The notes beneath the pieces were generated by a model. The model did not search any database. It had not been told where the DNA came from and saw nothing but the letters and a program-made list of their open reading frames with translations. Positions 1 through 8,333 of a stretch of DNA of 22,939 bases are shown piece by piece; the stretch's first letter is position 1; each line of letters opens with the position of its first letter. The DNA is taken from IMG/VR virus record IMGVR_UViG_2671181100_000006, positions 1 to 22,939 of that record. One strand, 5' to 3'. A program made the translations under genes and the position numbers. This DNA is from a virus. Its lineage: Duplodnaviria; Heunggongvirae; Uroviricota; Caudoviricetes.

Positions 1-1167
1 GTGGCCCTTAGTGATACCAAACTCCGTAGCATCAATGCTAAGCCATACAGCGGCGCAGCTGAGGTCACAGATGGTGACGGGCTAAGTGTACGCATAACTC
101 CCACAGGCACGATCACATTCCAGTTTCGTTATCGCTGGAACGGTAAGCCCGTTCGCCTCTCCATTGGCCGCTATCCCGCTATGTCTCTCAAGGAGGCGCG
201 CGTTGTCGTCGGTGAGATGCGCGAATTGTACCTCAAGGGACTAAACCCGAAAAATTATTTTGCCAAAGAAGATGGCGAGCTGACTCTAAAAGAGTGCCTG
301 GATCAGTGGTGGAGCAAGTATGTTGAAACGCTGAAGCCGAACACTCAGACGCTGTACAAGTCAGTTGTGTACAACACGATGTACACAGAATTCCCGGACG
401 CTCCGGTAGTAAACATTCCTGTTTCGGCATGGGTGCGTTTCTTTGATAAGCAGGAAAAGAAGAACAGCAAAAAGGCCAGGGTGCTTCTTCTACAGCTACG
501 TTCCGTCATGAACTGGTGTATCAGCCGCCAGTTGATCCCATCGTGCGAGGTCCTGAAGCTTAGCGTTAAGACCATTGGCAAAAAACCTGATGTGGGTAGC
601 CGTGTTCTCACGTATACCGAATTGGCAAAAATCTGGCTGGCGCTGGAGAACAACAAGATCGTTACCTCCAACAAGGTGCTTCATCAGCTGCTTTTGCTTT
701 GGGGAGCCAGGCTATCAGAGCTGCGTCTAGCTACCGCCAGCGAATTCAACATGGATGATCTTATCTGGACGACGCCAGGAGAGCATTCCAAGATGGGTAA
801 CGTTATCCGTCGACCGGTGTTCGATCAGGTGAAACCTTTTGTTGAAAGACTCCTCAATGCAGGAAACGATGTTCTGTTTCCTGGCCAGGAACTGGACAAG
901 CCTATAGATCGCTCGTCAGCAAATCTCTATATGAAAAAATTAAGGGATAAAATTGATATACCGGAATGGCGAACCCACGACTTCAGGCGCTCGCTTGTGA
1001 CGAATTTATCAGGGGAAGGGGTTATGCCCCATGTCACCGAAAAAATGTTGGGGCATGAACTGGGGGGCGTGATGGCGGTGTATAACAAACATGATTGGCT
1101 TGATGAGCAGAAAGAAGCATATCAATTATATGCAGACAAAATTTTATGGTACGTTAAGAAATTATGA
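1..1167 (+). CDS. int: Tyrosine recombinase / phage integrase, P4-type with N-terminal DUF4102-like arm-binding domain
   Basis: 388-aa ORF beginning with GTG at window position 1. The N-terminus (MALSDTKLR...TDGDGLSVRITPTGTITFQFRYRWNGK...) matches the characteristic start of P4-family integrases; the C-terminus carries catalytic-region motifs (HDFRRS...GH...Y). The true start could lie upstream of the window, but the N-terminus looks complete. Confidence 0.85.
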   Translation: MALSDTKLRSINAKPYSGAAEVTDGDGLSVRITPTGTITFQFRYRWNGKPVRLSIGRYPAMSLKEARVVVGEMRELYLKGLNPKNYFAKEDGELTLKECLDQWWSKYVETLKPNTQTLYKSVVYNTMYTEFPDAPVVNIPVSAWVRFFDKQEKKNSKKARVLLLQLRSVMNWCISRQLIPSCEVLKLSVKTIGKKPDVGSRVLTYTELAKIWLALENNKIVTSNKVLHQLLLLWGARLSELRLATASEFNMDDLIWTTPGEHSKMGNVIRRPVFDQVKPFVERLLNAGNDVLFPGQELDKPIDRSSANLYMKKLRDKIDIPEWRTHDFRRSLVTNLSGEGVMPHVTEKMLGHELGGVMAVYNKHDWLDEQKEAYQLYADKILWYVKKL

Positions 1168-1225
1168 ATTTATATTAATTTTAATTTTTGATGTGTTAAT
1201 TTATTAATCTTAATGAGGAAATGAT

Positions 1226-2539
1226 ATGAGCGGTGGGGTTGAGCTTAATATAGATGTCATGAAAGCACTAAGGTGGCTTGCAGAAACGACTACTGACCCT
1301 CAAGGATTTTCCGAGAGATTGGAAGTCGCTCAGGATAACTATATTAAAGAAACATCAAAGAAGGTGAATTTTGGTGCCCCGTTTGACAAAAGTTGGTATG
1401 GCGATGATGTTGTCGCTGGTTTTTTTTCGCAAGCGAAGTCTTTAATTGATAATCGACGAGCATTTGAAATATCTACCGCGTCACAAATCATTCCTTGGGT
1501 TAAACAATTAGGTCAAAACGTAAAGATTCTTAATGAAATATCAGGAGCTAAAGAGCGGGCTAAAAGAATGCTCGATAGCACCAGTGTTTATCCAGATACA
1601 GCATTGTTTGAATTAATACTTGCAGGGAATTATGCCTCAATGGGATATGAGGTTGAGTTTATTCCTGAACGAAAGGGAATTGCAAAAACCCCGGAATTTA
1701 AATGTAGTTATGATGGCGGAGTGGAGTTTTTTGTTGAATGTAAAAGACTCCAAAAAGGGTCATATGCAATCCAGGAAGAACATACACACTTAATCAGAGC
1801 CCATTTGGCAGAACTTCGAATCCATTCTAAAAGGATGAGTGTCTGGATGGATGTGACCTATAAAACTGAAGTTAAAGAGACTCCTGATAATTATCTTTTG
1901 AATCATTTAAGTAACTATTATGGGAAAGATTACTCCTGGGATGATGATTTTGGTGTTGGATTTGTAAAAGCAGTGAATTTAAATTCGGCAAAATATGATG
2001 TGGAAGTTAACGGTTCACTTTCGTTTCATAGTAAACTAGCGAGGTTACTGAAAGGTAATCCGATTGGTGATGATTTTTATAATATCTTTGCGTCTGGTAG
2101 GCCTGATGAGCGTGATCAACGGTTTATTTCAAAAATTAAATACGCATCTTTGTTGACATGGCGTTGTATTAATGAAAAATCTTTGGATTGTCGTTCTCGG
2201 CATATTAAAAGCACATTGGCTGAAATAGAAAAACAAATTTCTAATAATGGGCTTGGTGTTGGTCATGTTGCAATAGATGCTGATATTCAAAAGGATGTTG
2301 CAGATAAGCGGCGTGAGAAAAATCTTGAGGTTACGAAATCATTTAAGCTTGAGTCAAAGCTTGTACGGTTAAATATTCATTACCTTGTCCAACGTATAGA
2401 AGAAAGTCATTCTTGGATGGTTGATGAAACTCTTGACTATTTTTATACCGATAAGCTCATAGAGTATTTTATTCCAGCTGTTCAAATATTTCCTGATGCC
2501 GATGAATTTAACAACGACCTGCCAGGTTGGCATCAATGA
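1226..2539 (+). CDS. Hypothetical 437-aa protein; AT-rich cargo gene between int and xis; possible PD-(D/E)xK-like nuclease core (speculative)
   Basis: Long uninterrupted ORF with RBS GAGGAAATGAT before the ATG. Codon usage is conspicuously A/T-rich compared with the flanking integrase and early-operon genes. No family recognised by eye. Segment ...GYEVEF...CSYDGGVEFFVECKRL... has an E/D...D...ExK arrangement. Confidence 0.7.
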   Translation: MSGGVELNIDVMKALRWLAETTTDPQGFSERLEVAQDNYIKETSKKVNFGAPFDKSWYGDDVVAGFFSQAKSLIDNRRAFEISTASQIIPWVKQLGQNVKILNEISGAKERAKRMLDSTSVYPDTALFELILAGNYASMGYEVEFIPERKGIAKTPEFKCSYDGGVEFFVECKRLQKGSYAIQEEHTHLIRAHLAELRIHSKRMSVWMDVTYKTEVKETPDNYLLNHLSNYYGKDYSWDDDFGVGFVKAVNLNSAKYDVEVNGSLSFHSKLARLLKGNPIGDDFYNIFASGRPDERDQRFISKIKYASLLTWRCINEKSLDCRSRHIKSTLAEIEKQISNNGLGVGHVAIDADIQKDVADKRREKNLEVTKSFKLESKLVRLNIHYLVQRIEESHSWMVDETLDYFYTDKLIEYFIPAVQIFPDADEFNNDLPGWHQ

Positions 2540-2544
2540 TCAGT

Positions 2545-2574
2545 TGAGTGCAACCCCGTTAATGGTTGCACTCA
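2545..2574. terminator. Strong hairpin between convergent genes (11-bp perfect stem TGAGTGCAACC / GGTTGCACTCA, 8-nt loop); possible bidirectional terminator
   Basis: Perfect inverted repeat read directly from the sequence, 6 nt after the cargo stop codon and 6 nt before the 3' end of the minus-strand excisionase gene. No clear U-tract on either side, so a terminator role is uncertain. Confidence 0.3.
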
Positions 2575-2579
2575 CTTGC

Positions 2580-2765
2580 CTATGAATGTTTATTTATTCC
2601 TCCTTCATCTATCCAGCGGGTAACTGCTTTTCTACTATAACGAGTAGGATATGTTAGAACGGGTTGTGGAAAACCATGTTCTTTCCGTAATCTCCAAACG
2701 GCTGTTTTTTTCTTGCCCAACAGGTTAAAAACTTCCTGCTCTTCCATAAAATCATTCGCAGTCAT
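2580..2765 (-). CDS. xis: AlpA/Xis-family excisionase-like DNA-binding protein
   Basis: 61-aa basic protein (MTANDFMEEQEVFNLLGKKKTAVWRLRKEHGFPQPV...RWIDEGG) with the helix-turn-helix signature typical of AlpA/excisionase proteins partnering P4-type integrases. GAGGT RBS upstream. Confidence 0.7.
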   Translation of the reverse strand: MTANDFMEEQEVFNLLGKKKTAVWRLRKEHGFPQPVLTYPTRYSRKAVTRWIDEGGINKHS

Positions 2766-2787
2766 AAATTACCTCAATAATTCATTT

Positions 2788-3345
2788 TTACGCCCGAATC
2801 AAACGCTGCCAGATTGCGGAAACGTATTTAGCCTGGTGTTTGGCATCAGCAAGCGCGTTATGCATATCGCCCTCAAACGGTATGTCGCGGCGCGGATTGA
2901 TGCCAATCGCTCGACCTAATTCAACGATTGTTCGGACATCACGATCATTCCAAAATTTCCATATGCAGGGCATATACTCACGGTCATAGCTGGCCCGAAG
3001 GATTACATTGTCAAACGTAGCGCCATTACCCCAGACCTGAACTTTTTCTGGGTCGGCGTTATCACGTATGAAGCAATTCAAATTGCTCAATGCAGTAACA
3101 AGATTCATAGCCGCGTCTTTATCGCAAATGGCCTTTCGGGCCTCTTCGCTTTGCTGCATCCACCAAATAATCGTTTCAGGGTCAGGAATGGCACCGCCGT
3201 CTACTGCGCTTTTAAGGCTGACTACTCTGTAGAATTCCTCTCCGAGTTCGCCAGTTGAGGGCTCAAAAAAAACCGCACCGATGGAGACGATAGGGGCGTT
3301 TGGTTTATTGCCCATTGTTTCGAGGTCGATCATGAGGTTATTCAT
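2788..3345 (-). CDS. DnaQ-like DEDDh 3'-5' exonuclease (phage early exonuclease)
   Basis: Motifs IDLETMG (D-x-E), FDNVIL and HNALADA (H-x4-D). Start placed at the internal ATG (MNNLMIDLE...) preceded by AGGAG. Start overlaps the stop of the upstream gene (ATGA). Confidence 0.75.
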   Translation of the reverse strand: MNNLMIDLETMGNKPNAPIVSIGAVFFEPSTGELGEEFYRVVSLKSAVDGGAIPDPETIIWWMQQSEEARKAICDKDAAMNLVTALSNLNCFIRDNADPEKVQVWGNGATFDNVILRASYDREYMPCIWKFWNDRDVRTIVELGRAIGINPRRDIPFEGDMHNALADAKHQAKYVSAIWQRLIRA

Positions 3346-3725
3346 TTTTTCTCCTGCTGCGGTGCCGCTGGCAATGCGCATACTTCAACCGCTTTTTGAT
3401 AAATGAGTTTGATTGTCGGCCAGTCGATGGTCTGGTCTTCATGCCAGTCACCTCGCCCCTCACAATCGCCACAGCCGTCACCGTCACATTCAGGACAGAT
3501 GACCACACGGGGAATGCTGAACTCACCAGATAAAGCGTACTTTGCGCCGTTTTCGGCAGTCAGTTTCTTCGGCACCATCACGTAACCATCCCGAATTACA
3601 GGAGGGTTGCCAACTTTGCGGCGCTCCCTATCCAAGTCTGTTTGCAACTGAATCACCCAGCGAGCGAGTTCACCTTTTTCACCGGATTCAAGACGTAAAT
3701 CATCCAAACGATATTTATCAATCAT
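3342..3725 (-). CDS. Hypothetical protein with Cys-rich cluster (CPECDGDGCGDCEGRG), possible zinc ribbon
   Basis: ORF on the track is 3342-3782. I place the start at the internal ATG (MIDKYRLDD...) to minimise overlap with the upstream gene; start is uncertain. Confidence 0.5.
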   Translation of the reverse strand: MIDKYRLDDLRLESGEKGELARWVIQLQTDLDRERRKVGNPPVIRDGYVMVPKKLTAENGAKYALSGEFSIPRVVICPECDGDGCGDCEGRGDWHEDQTIDWPTIKLIYQKAVEVCALPAAPQQEKK

Positions 3726-4386
3726 TGCTGTTATCCTCACAGCAGTGGTGCCGCCCCTCTGGGTCAGTGGATACATGTCCACAGATATCGCACTCTATTT
3801 CATCCAGCACTACCGACGCTAGCTGCTCTTTGATGTGCAATCGCGGCTCACCATCTTTCGGCTCAGGCCACACCCGCGCCTTATTCACCGCTAGTTTTTC
3901 AATCATCGCCTTAGTGATTTGCTCGTCAGTGATACCGGCGCGGCGTTGGGCATCCCATAGCAGAAACTGCAAATCGGCCCACTCGCTGAGGTCGCCTGGT
4001 GCTGCTGCGGCTTCCAGCGCTTCTTTGCTTAAGTGTTTCAGTGGACCAATCGGGCCGACATTACCAAAGGTGGCCTGAGACCACGCGGTGTGCTCGCGGC
4101 GAACGTGCTCGCGGTCCGGCGCTGGCTGCGGTATGGCGTAGAGTTGCGCACCAAAGTCAGGAAGTTCGCCAGTGACCTGGACGAACTTTTGTTTACCTCC
4201 GTCAATTCCTAGCGGGTAGTAAGCTCTAATCTCTGCCACCGGCTCACTGTCCATTTCGGCCAGCGCGATGCGAGCCAGCTCCTCGGCCTCTTCAGCTGGC
4301 AGCATGACGTTGCTTCCGGCTCCGTAGGTTTCACGCCATGACTTAATTTTTTCCAGACGTTCTCTGGTTATGATTGATTGGGTCAT
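3718..4386 (-). CDS. MazG-like nucleotide pyrophosphohydrolase-type protein (DUF550 / dATP-dGTP pyrophosphohydrolase-like)
   Basis: 222 aa with AAGGAG RBS. C-terminal region (...SKEALEAAAAPGDLSEWADLQFLLWDAQRRAGITDEQITKAMIEKLAVNKARVWPEP...) resembles MazG-type all-alpha NTP pyrophosphohydrolase segments seen in prophage proteins. Assignment from memory, not a search. Confidence 0.5.
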   Translation of the reverse strand: MTQSIITRERLEKIKSWRETYGAGSNVMLPAEEAEELARIALAEMDSEPVAEIRAYYPLGIDGGKQKFVQVTGELPDFGAQLYAIPQPAPDREHVRREHTAWSQATFGNVGPIGPLKHLSKEALEAAAAPGDLSEWADLQFLLWDAQRRAGITDEQITKAMIEKLAVNKARVWPEPKDGEPRLHIKEQLASVVLDEIECDICGHVSTDPEGRHHCCEDNSND

Positions 4387-5456
4387 TAGCTGGACTCCTT
4401 ATCATTAGTTACAGATAAGTTTTTATTCACGATGGCATCCATCAATCGTGATGCAGCAGCCTTCTGGGCAGAGACATTGGCAATGACCGTTGGCCTGGAT
4501 TTCTCGCAGCTGGCGCAAATACCATCCCATGATGAAATGAGGAAGAAATCTTCACGATCGGCAATGCCGGTATTCATTACCAGGTCCTCAATCATCAGCG
4601 TGACCCCGCGAACTCCCCGGCCTTCACTTAACCTCTGTACTGCGTAGCCGAAGGCGTTAATCATCACAGCATGGAACTGGATGTACTCGCGTTTGTACTC
4701 AGCCTGATTCGTACCTCGGCGAATATCATCTAAACCAGTCAGCATCAGCCAAGCATTCCACAACCCCTCAAGATCATCCTGTGAGCAGGAATCTGAAAAT
4801 TTTGCCGTGGCATCACTAAGGGCTTTGAAGCTGACCCACTTATCACTTTTCGCAGGAACGACGTTATGCTCAAAATCGGTGACTTCAGAAAAGACGTCGT
4901 GTGAACTGATAAAACTGACCATCTCCTGCGCGTTCTTATCGCGCCCGTTATAGGCCATGTTGATAGCCGCAGATGGCTTCGAAACATTGTTGTTAATGTC
5001 GGAAAAGAACTGCTGCCGTGTTTTCAACGAGAGCTTATGTGTGAGCATTAGTGGTACGTGGATTGGTTCGCCAACTGTGCGGCAAAATTCGGCGATCCCC
5101 GCTGCACGGTGCTGGCCGTCGAAAAGCTTAATTTCTGCATCCATAGGGAAGCGCACAACACCAACGTTGGTATTGCCGAATTCCTGAAACTCAATCTCAG
5201 AGTTACAGTTACCGACCAGCGGTGGGATAATGAAGGGCTCTTTATTTTCGTGAGCATTAACCAGATATTCATAGAATTTCTTAGCACGCGCTGGGTTAAT
5301 TTCACGCTGAGAACGTTCTAAAGTATCTCCGTAATTATCACTGGCGAGGACGCGTGCCAAGGTTCGTGCTGGCACTGTCATCATAAGGACAATCGCTCCG
5401 CCCTGAACGCCGCGAGACGCAGGGAACTCAAAGAAATAATCTCCAACTATGCTCAT
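4386..5456 (-). CDS. DGQHR-domain protein (DndB-like, ParB/Srx superfamily)
   Basis: Contains the literal DGQHR motif (KLFDGQHRAAGI). Start placed at the ATG (MSIVGDYFF...) rather than the upstream GTG on the ORF track. Stop overlaps the start of the downstream gene by 1 nt. Confidence 0.7.
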   Translation of the reverse strand: MSIVGDYFFEFPASRGVQGGAIVLMMTVPARTLARVLASDNYGDTLERSQREINPARAKKFYEYLVNAHENKEPFIIPPLVGNCNSEIEFQEFGNTNVGVVRFPMDAEIKLFDGQHRAAGIAEFCRTVGEPIHVPLMLTHKLSLKTRQQFFSDINNNVSKPSAAINMAYNGRDKNAQEMVSFISSHDVFSEVTDFEHNVVPAKSDKWVSFKALSDATAKFSDSCSQDDLEGLWNAWLMLTGLDDIRRGTNQAEYKREYIQFHAVMINAFGYAVQRLSEGRGVRGVTLMIEDLVMNTGIADREDFFLISSWDGICASCEKSRPTVIANVSAQKAAASRLMDAIVNKNLSVTNDKESS

Positions 5457-5587
5457 GCTACCCACCACTCAATAAACATGCAGATACCAACGGTTACTAC
5501 GGCAATAAGCACCCAGCAGATCACATCGAACAAGGCGGCGAACCGACGTAGGGTGTATTTGCTATAATTCTCATGATCAATATTCAT
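5453..5587 (-). CDS. Small hydrophobic peptide (44 aa, predicted single transmembrane helix), not on the ORF track
   Basis: My own translation of the minus strand: MNIDHENYSKYTLRRFAALFDVICWVLIAVVTVGICMFIEWWVA. Its ATG overlaps the ParB-like stop (ATGA) and its TGA overlaps the DGQHR start (ATGA), suggesting translational coupling. Confidence 0.4.
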   Translation of the reverse strand: MNIDHENYSKYTLRRFAALFDVICWVLIAVVTVGICMFIEWWVA

Positions 5588-6369
5588 ACCGCCTCCCCAA
5601 TCACCCAACGAAGTGCGCTTGCATACTCACCCTCGGCTGATTCAAGGGCTTTGATGATTTCTTTGCGGGTTTTCAGGCGCGGCTTTGCCTCGCCGAGGAT
5701 CTGACGCTGACGCCGGGCTTTTTCATGGCCGGTTGTGCCAGCAGTTGCCGCTTCGATTTCAGAGACCTTCTCCCGCTGCTCTTCTGGTTTAAGCGATGCC
5801 AGCTGACGCGCCTGGGTAACGGTGACCGTTCCGGACTCCACTGCATCGCGAACAGCCTGGGTGGCATCCAGCAGAGACAGAGTTGCGCGTACGGTCTGGA
5901 CACTCACGCCAAACATCAGCGCTAAATCGTCCTCGTCGTGCCCGCGTTCCAGCGCATCAGCCATTTTCTTTGCTCGGCCCAGTGGCGTATCTGCCTGGCG
6001 GATTTCGTTAGCACTTACCATCGCCTGCGCCATGCGAACGGCGGAGCCACGTTTAGCGACTGCTGGAACCAGTAACGGTTCTTTGCCCTCTTTCGACAGA
6101 CGCTTGTTGGCTTCCAGTGTATGGCGCACACGCTGGCGACCATCGACTACACAAGACAGCCCTGTCTCCGGGTCTTTCCAGACGATAATCGGCTCAAGAA
6201 CGCCCTGGTCCATGATGTTCAGCACCATTGCCTCGCTGATAGGCAGGTGGATACGCTCATCGTAAAGCGGGTGCGTTTTGTCGGTAACCAGGTGCAGGTT
6301 TTCAGGTTCGAACGTCAAAACGTTCGTTTTGCCACTCGCGCCATATACCAGCTTTGAGTCTTTAGCCAT
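5584..6369 (-). CDS. ParB-like N-terminal domain protein (ParB/Srx nuclease-like fold plus helix-turn-helix)
   Basis: Motif ...GVLEPIIVWKDPETGLSCVVDGRQRVRHTLEA... matches the ParB box region (GERRxRAA-like). A downstream HTH-like segment (DLALMFGVSVQTVRATLSLL) follows. Confidence 0.7.
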   Translation of the reverse strand: MAKDSKLVYGASGKTNVLTFEPENLHLVTDKTHPLYDERIHLPISEAMVLNIMDQGVLEPIIVWKDPETGLSCVVDGRQRVRHTLEANKRLSKEGKEPLLVPAVAKRGSAVRMAQAMVSANEIRQADTPLGRAKKMADALERGHDEDDLALMFGVSVQTVRATLSLLDATQAVRDAVESGTVTVTQARQLASLKPEEQREKVSEIEAATAGTTGHEKARRQRQILGEAKPRLKTRKEIIKALESAEGEYASALRWVIGEAV

Positions 6370-6668
6370 TAGACAGCCTCCGGATTGCTGGTGGATGTCG
6401 TTGAGATACTCTTCAGATCGCGCATTGCTTCCAGTACGTGCATATTGCTGCGGTTTTTTGTGTGACGCTCAACAATTCGATCGCATTCTTTCGCCCAGGA
6501 AATAACTTCTTCCTTCATAGCGTCACGTTCTTTACATGCCTGCCGAAGGGTAATATTCGAAACATCGAGCATTGTTGCCAGCTCTTTAATAAGTTCTGAA
6601 TTTGCAGGAGGCATTGTTTTAGCTGCCTCAAAGGCATCTTTAATTAACTGCTGTACTGTTTTTCCCAT
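6369..6668 (-). CDS. Hypothetical early protein (99 aa)
   Basis: ORF with GGAG RBS; stop overlaps the ParB-like start codon. No family recognised. Confidence 0.5.
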   Translation of the reverse strand: MGKTVQQLIKDAFEAAKTMPPANSELIKELATMLDVSNITLRQACKERDAMKEEVISWAKECDRIVERHTKNRSNMHVLEAMRDLKSISTTSTSNPEAV

Positions 6669-6755
6669 TTTTTATTTCTCCAACTGACGCGCTGCAACGC
6701 GTTTTAGGGTGCAGCAACCCAACCCATGAGAATGGGGTAATTGCTGCTGTTCTAA

Positions 6756-7673
6756 TCAGGCTGCTGGTTTTTGTTCTTCGGGCTCTTTGTAGGCGAGCAG
6801 ATCACAAAGCTGGTTAATTACTTTACAGAACTGGAACATGTCCGTACCTGCCTGGTGACGCCAGCGGTAGGCTTTGTCGTCATCATCAGAATAATCATTA
6901 TCCTTGGTATCGATCCGCCGGAAATGGAACTTATCTGTAAGCAGAAAAGAGACGCCGCAGCCTCTTAATTCCATGTTATCGACGATAAAACCTGTGTTCA
7001 GGCTCTCCAGAATTTCACTGGTAACGGAAGTGTGTTCCGCAGAGTAGCGAATAACTTCTTTCTGTTCTGCCAGGCGGGATAGCTGGACATAATCACCGAC
7101 CTCAAACCCGGCAAAGGCTGATTCTTCGCCGTCCAGATGGTTTTTAAGGCGCGTTGTCAGGCCGTTTTTGATATCACTGATGTTGATCGTGACTGTTTTT
7201 ACTGAGCCAATCACTTTAACCAGCATCGCCCCGACTAAATTGGCAATATTTTTATTGGCGGAATTAATGATCAGCAGATTTTCTTCAGTGTTATACAGGA
7301 CCAGGATCAGAGACGACTTGATGAATGCCTGTTTGCAGAGCTGAACCTTAGCATCCTGGATAATGTTGTTACGGTCAGCGCGCTTCAATTTCTGACCACA
7401 CGCATTTTCGATGCGCTGGATACGCTCATTGGCTTCTTTCATTACGACGTGCTGGGGGATTATTTTCTCATCGCGGCGAACCACGATTGCATAACCGCCA
7501 GTAATTGGCGTAACCAGCTCGCCAGTAATCGGATTAGGGACGAAGGAAGCCCGCGCGAACTCCGTTTCTGTAAGTTCAGAGTAGGGCAATTCCTGCAGGT
7601 GCCCTTCAACCGCTTCAATGCTGGGCAAAGTAGCCCGATAGACAATGGCGTTACGTAACTTTGATATTTTCAT
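6756..7673 (-). CDS. rdgC: Recombination-associated protein RdgC homologue
   Basis: 305 aa, similar in length to E. coli RdgC (303 aa). N-terminus (MKISKLRNAIVYRATLP...) resembles the RdgC N-terminus (…FKNLMVYRL…). GAGGA RBS. Confidence 0.65.
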   Translation of the reverse strand: MKISKLRNAIVYRATLPSIEAVEGHLQELPYSELTETEFARASFVPNPITGELVTPITGGYAIVVRRDEKIIPQHVVMKEANERIQRIENACGQKLKRADRNNIIQDAKVQLCKQAFIKSSLILVLYNTEENLLIINSANKNIANLVGAMLVKVIGSVKTVTINISDIKNGLTTRLKNHLDGEESAFAGFEVGDYVQLSRLAEQKEVIRYSAEHTSVTSEILESLNTGFIVDNMELRGCGVSFLLTDKFHFRRIDTKDNDYSDDDDKAYRWRHQAGTDMFQFCKVINQLCDLLAYKEPEEQKPAA

Positions 7674-8333
7674 TTCTGTTTCCTCTGCAAAGGATTAGTT
7701 AGTTATCTCCACACAACGGAAAGAGCACTGAAGCACTGGAAACTCACTTGACTAACACAGTGCTTTTTCCTGTTGTGTGCCGGGCTTCCACCGGCTCCCA
7801 TCTGTTTTTAAAGCCACTCAGATATCGTCTGGGCTGTGCCGTCTACTTCCGGCTGTCACTGCCGTCGAGAGTGCTGGCAGCTCACTGACCTGATAACTCC
7901 CAGGATCAACTGGAGTGGTTGTTATCGCTACCAAAGCGCCACTGTCCAGGACATTTAAAAGGACCGTCTCCAAGTGGTAACTCTTCCAGTCCCGCTAAAC
8001 ACTCGTGTAAATGCTTAACGTGAATGGCTGATATCCTCGTCTCTTCCGAGGCGTCACACCTTTTCGCCGCGCTGGTGGGGCGCACGTCGTGCCTGAACAC
8101 TTAGCTTGCACATTCCGGTTGTTCTGAGAGGCATGGATAAAGGGACTCTCAGGCCGCTAACGCTGCATGTGCCATACAACGGTCATGAATATTGCCGTTC
8201 ACAACTGGAAGCGCACTCCTTCAGTTACAAACCGATCCCCACCGGAAAGAAGGGGAATGCGCTTCCATGTTGTGTTCTGTTCATCCTTGTCCGTAAGTTT
8301 CGTCATGTGCCGACGAGTAGAAGATAATCATAA

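Noticed and set aside
1-30. Possibility that the integrase is 5'-truncated by the window edge, or that an att site or tRNA lies in the window
   Set aside because: The N-terminus matches the usual start of P4-type integrases, so the gene looks complete; any att/tRNA would lie upstream of position 1 and cannot be assessed here.
233-684. Minus-strand ORFs (233-430, 345-674, 496-684) inside the integrase gene
   Set aside because: They lie entirely within the well-supported integrase ORF on the opposite strand, have no RBS and give low-complexity translations; typical antisense shadow ORFs.
3403-4078. Plus-strand ORFs 3403-3585 and 3542-4078 (S/P-rich translations)
   Set aside because: Antisense to the coupled early-operon genes; proline/serine-rich low-complexity products are typical of shadow frames.
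5673-6505. ORFs 5673-5903 (-), 5725-5925 (+), 5822-6265 (+), 6121-6357 (+), 6278-6505 (+) overlapping the ParB-like gene
   Set aside because: All overlap the ParB-like gene in other frames or on the opposite strand, with no independent start signals.
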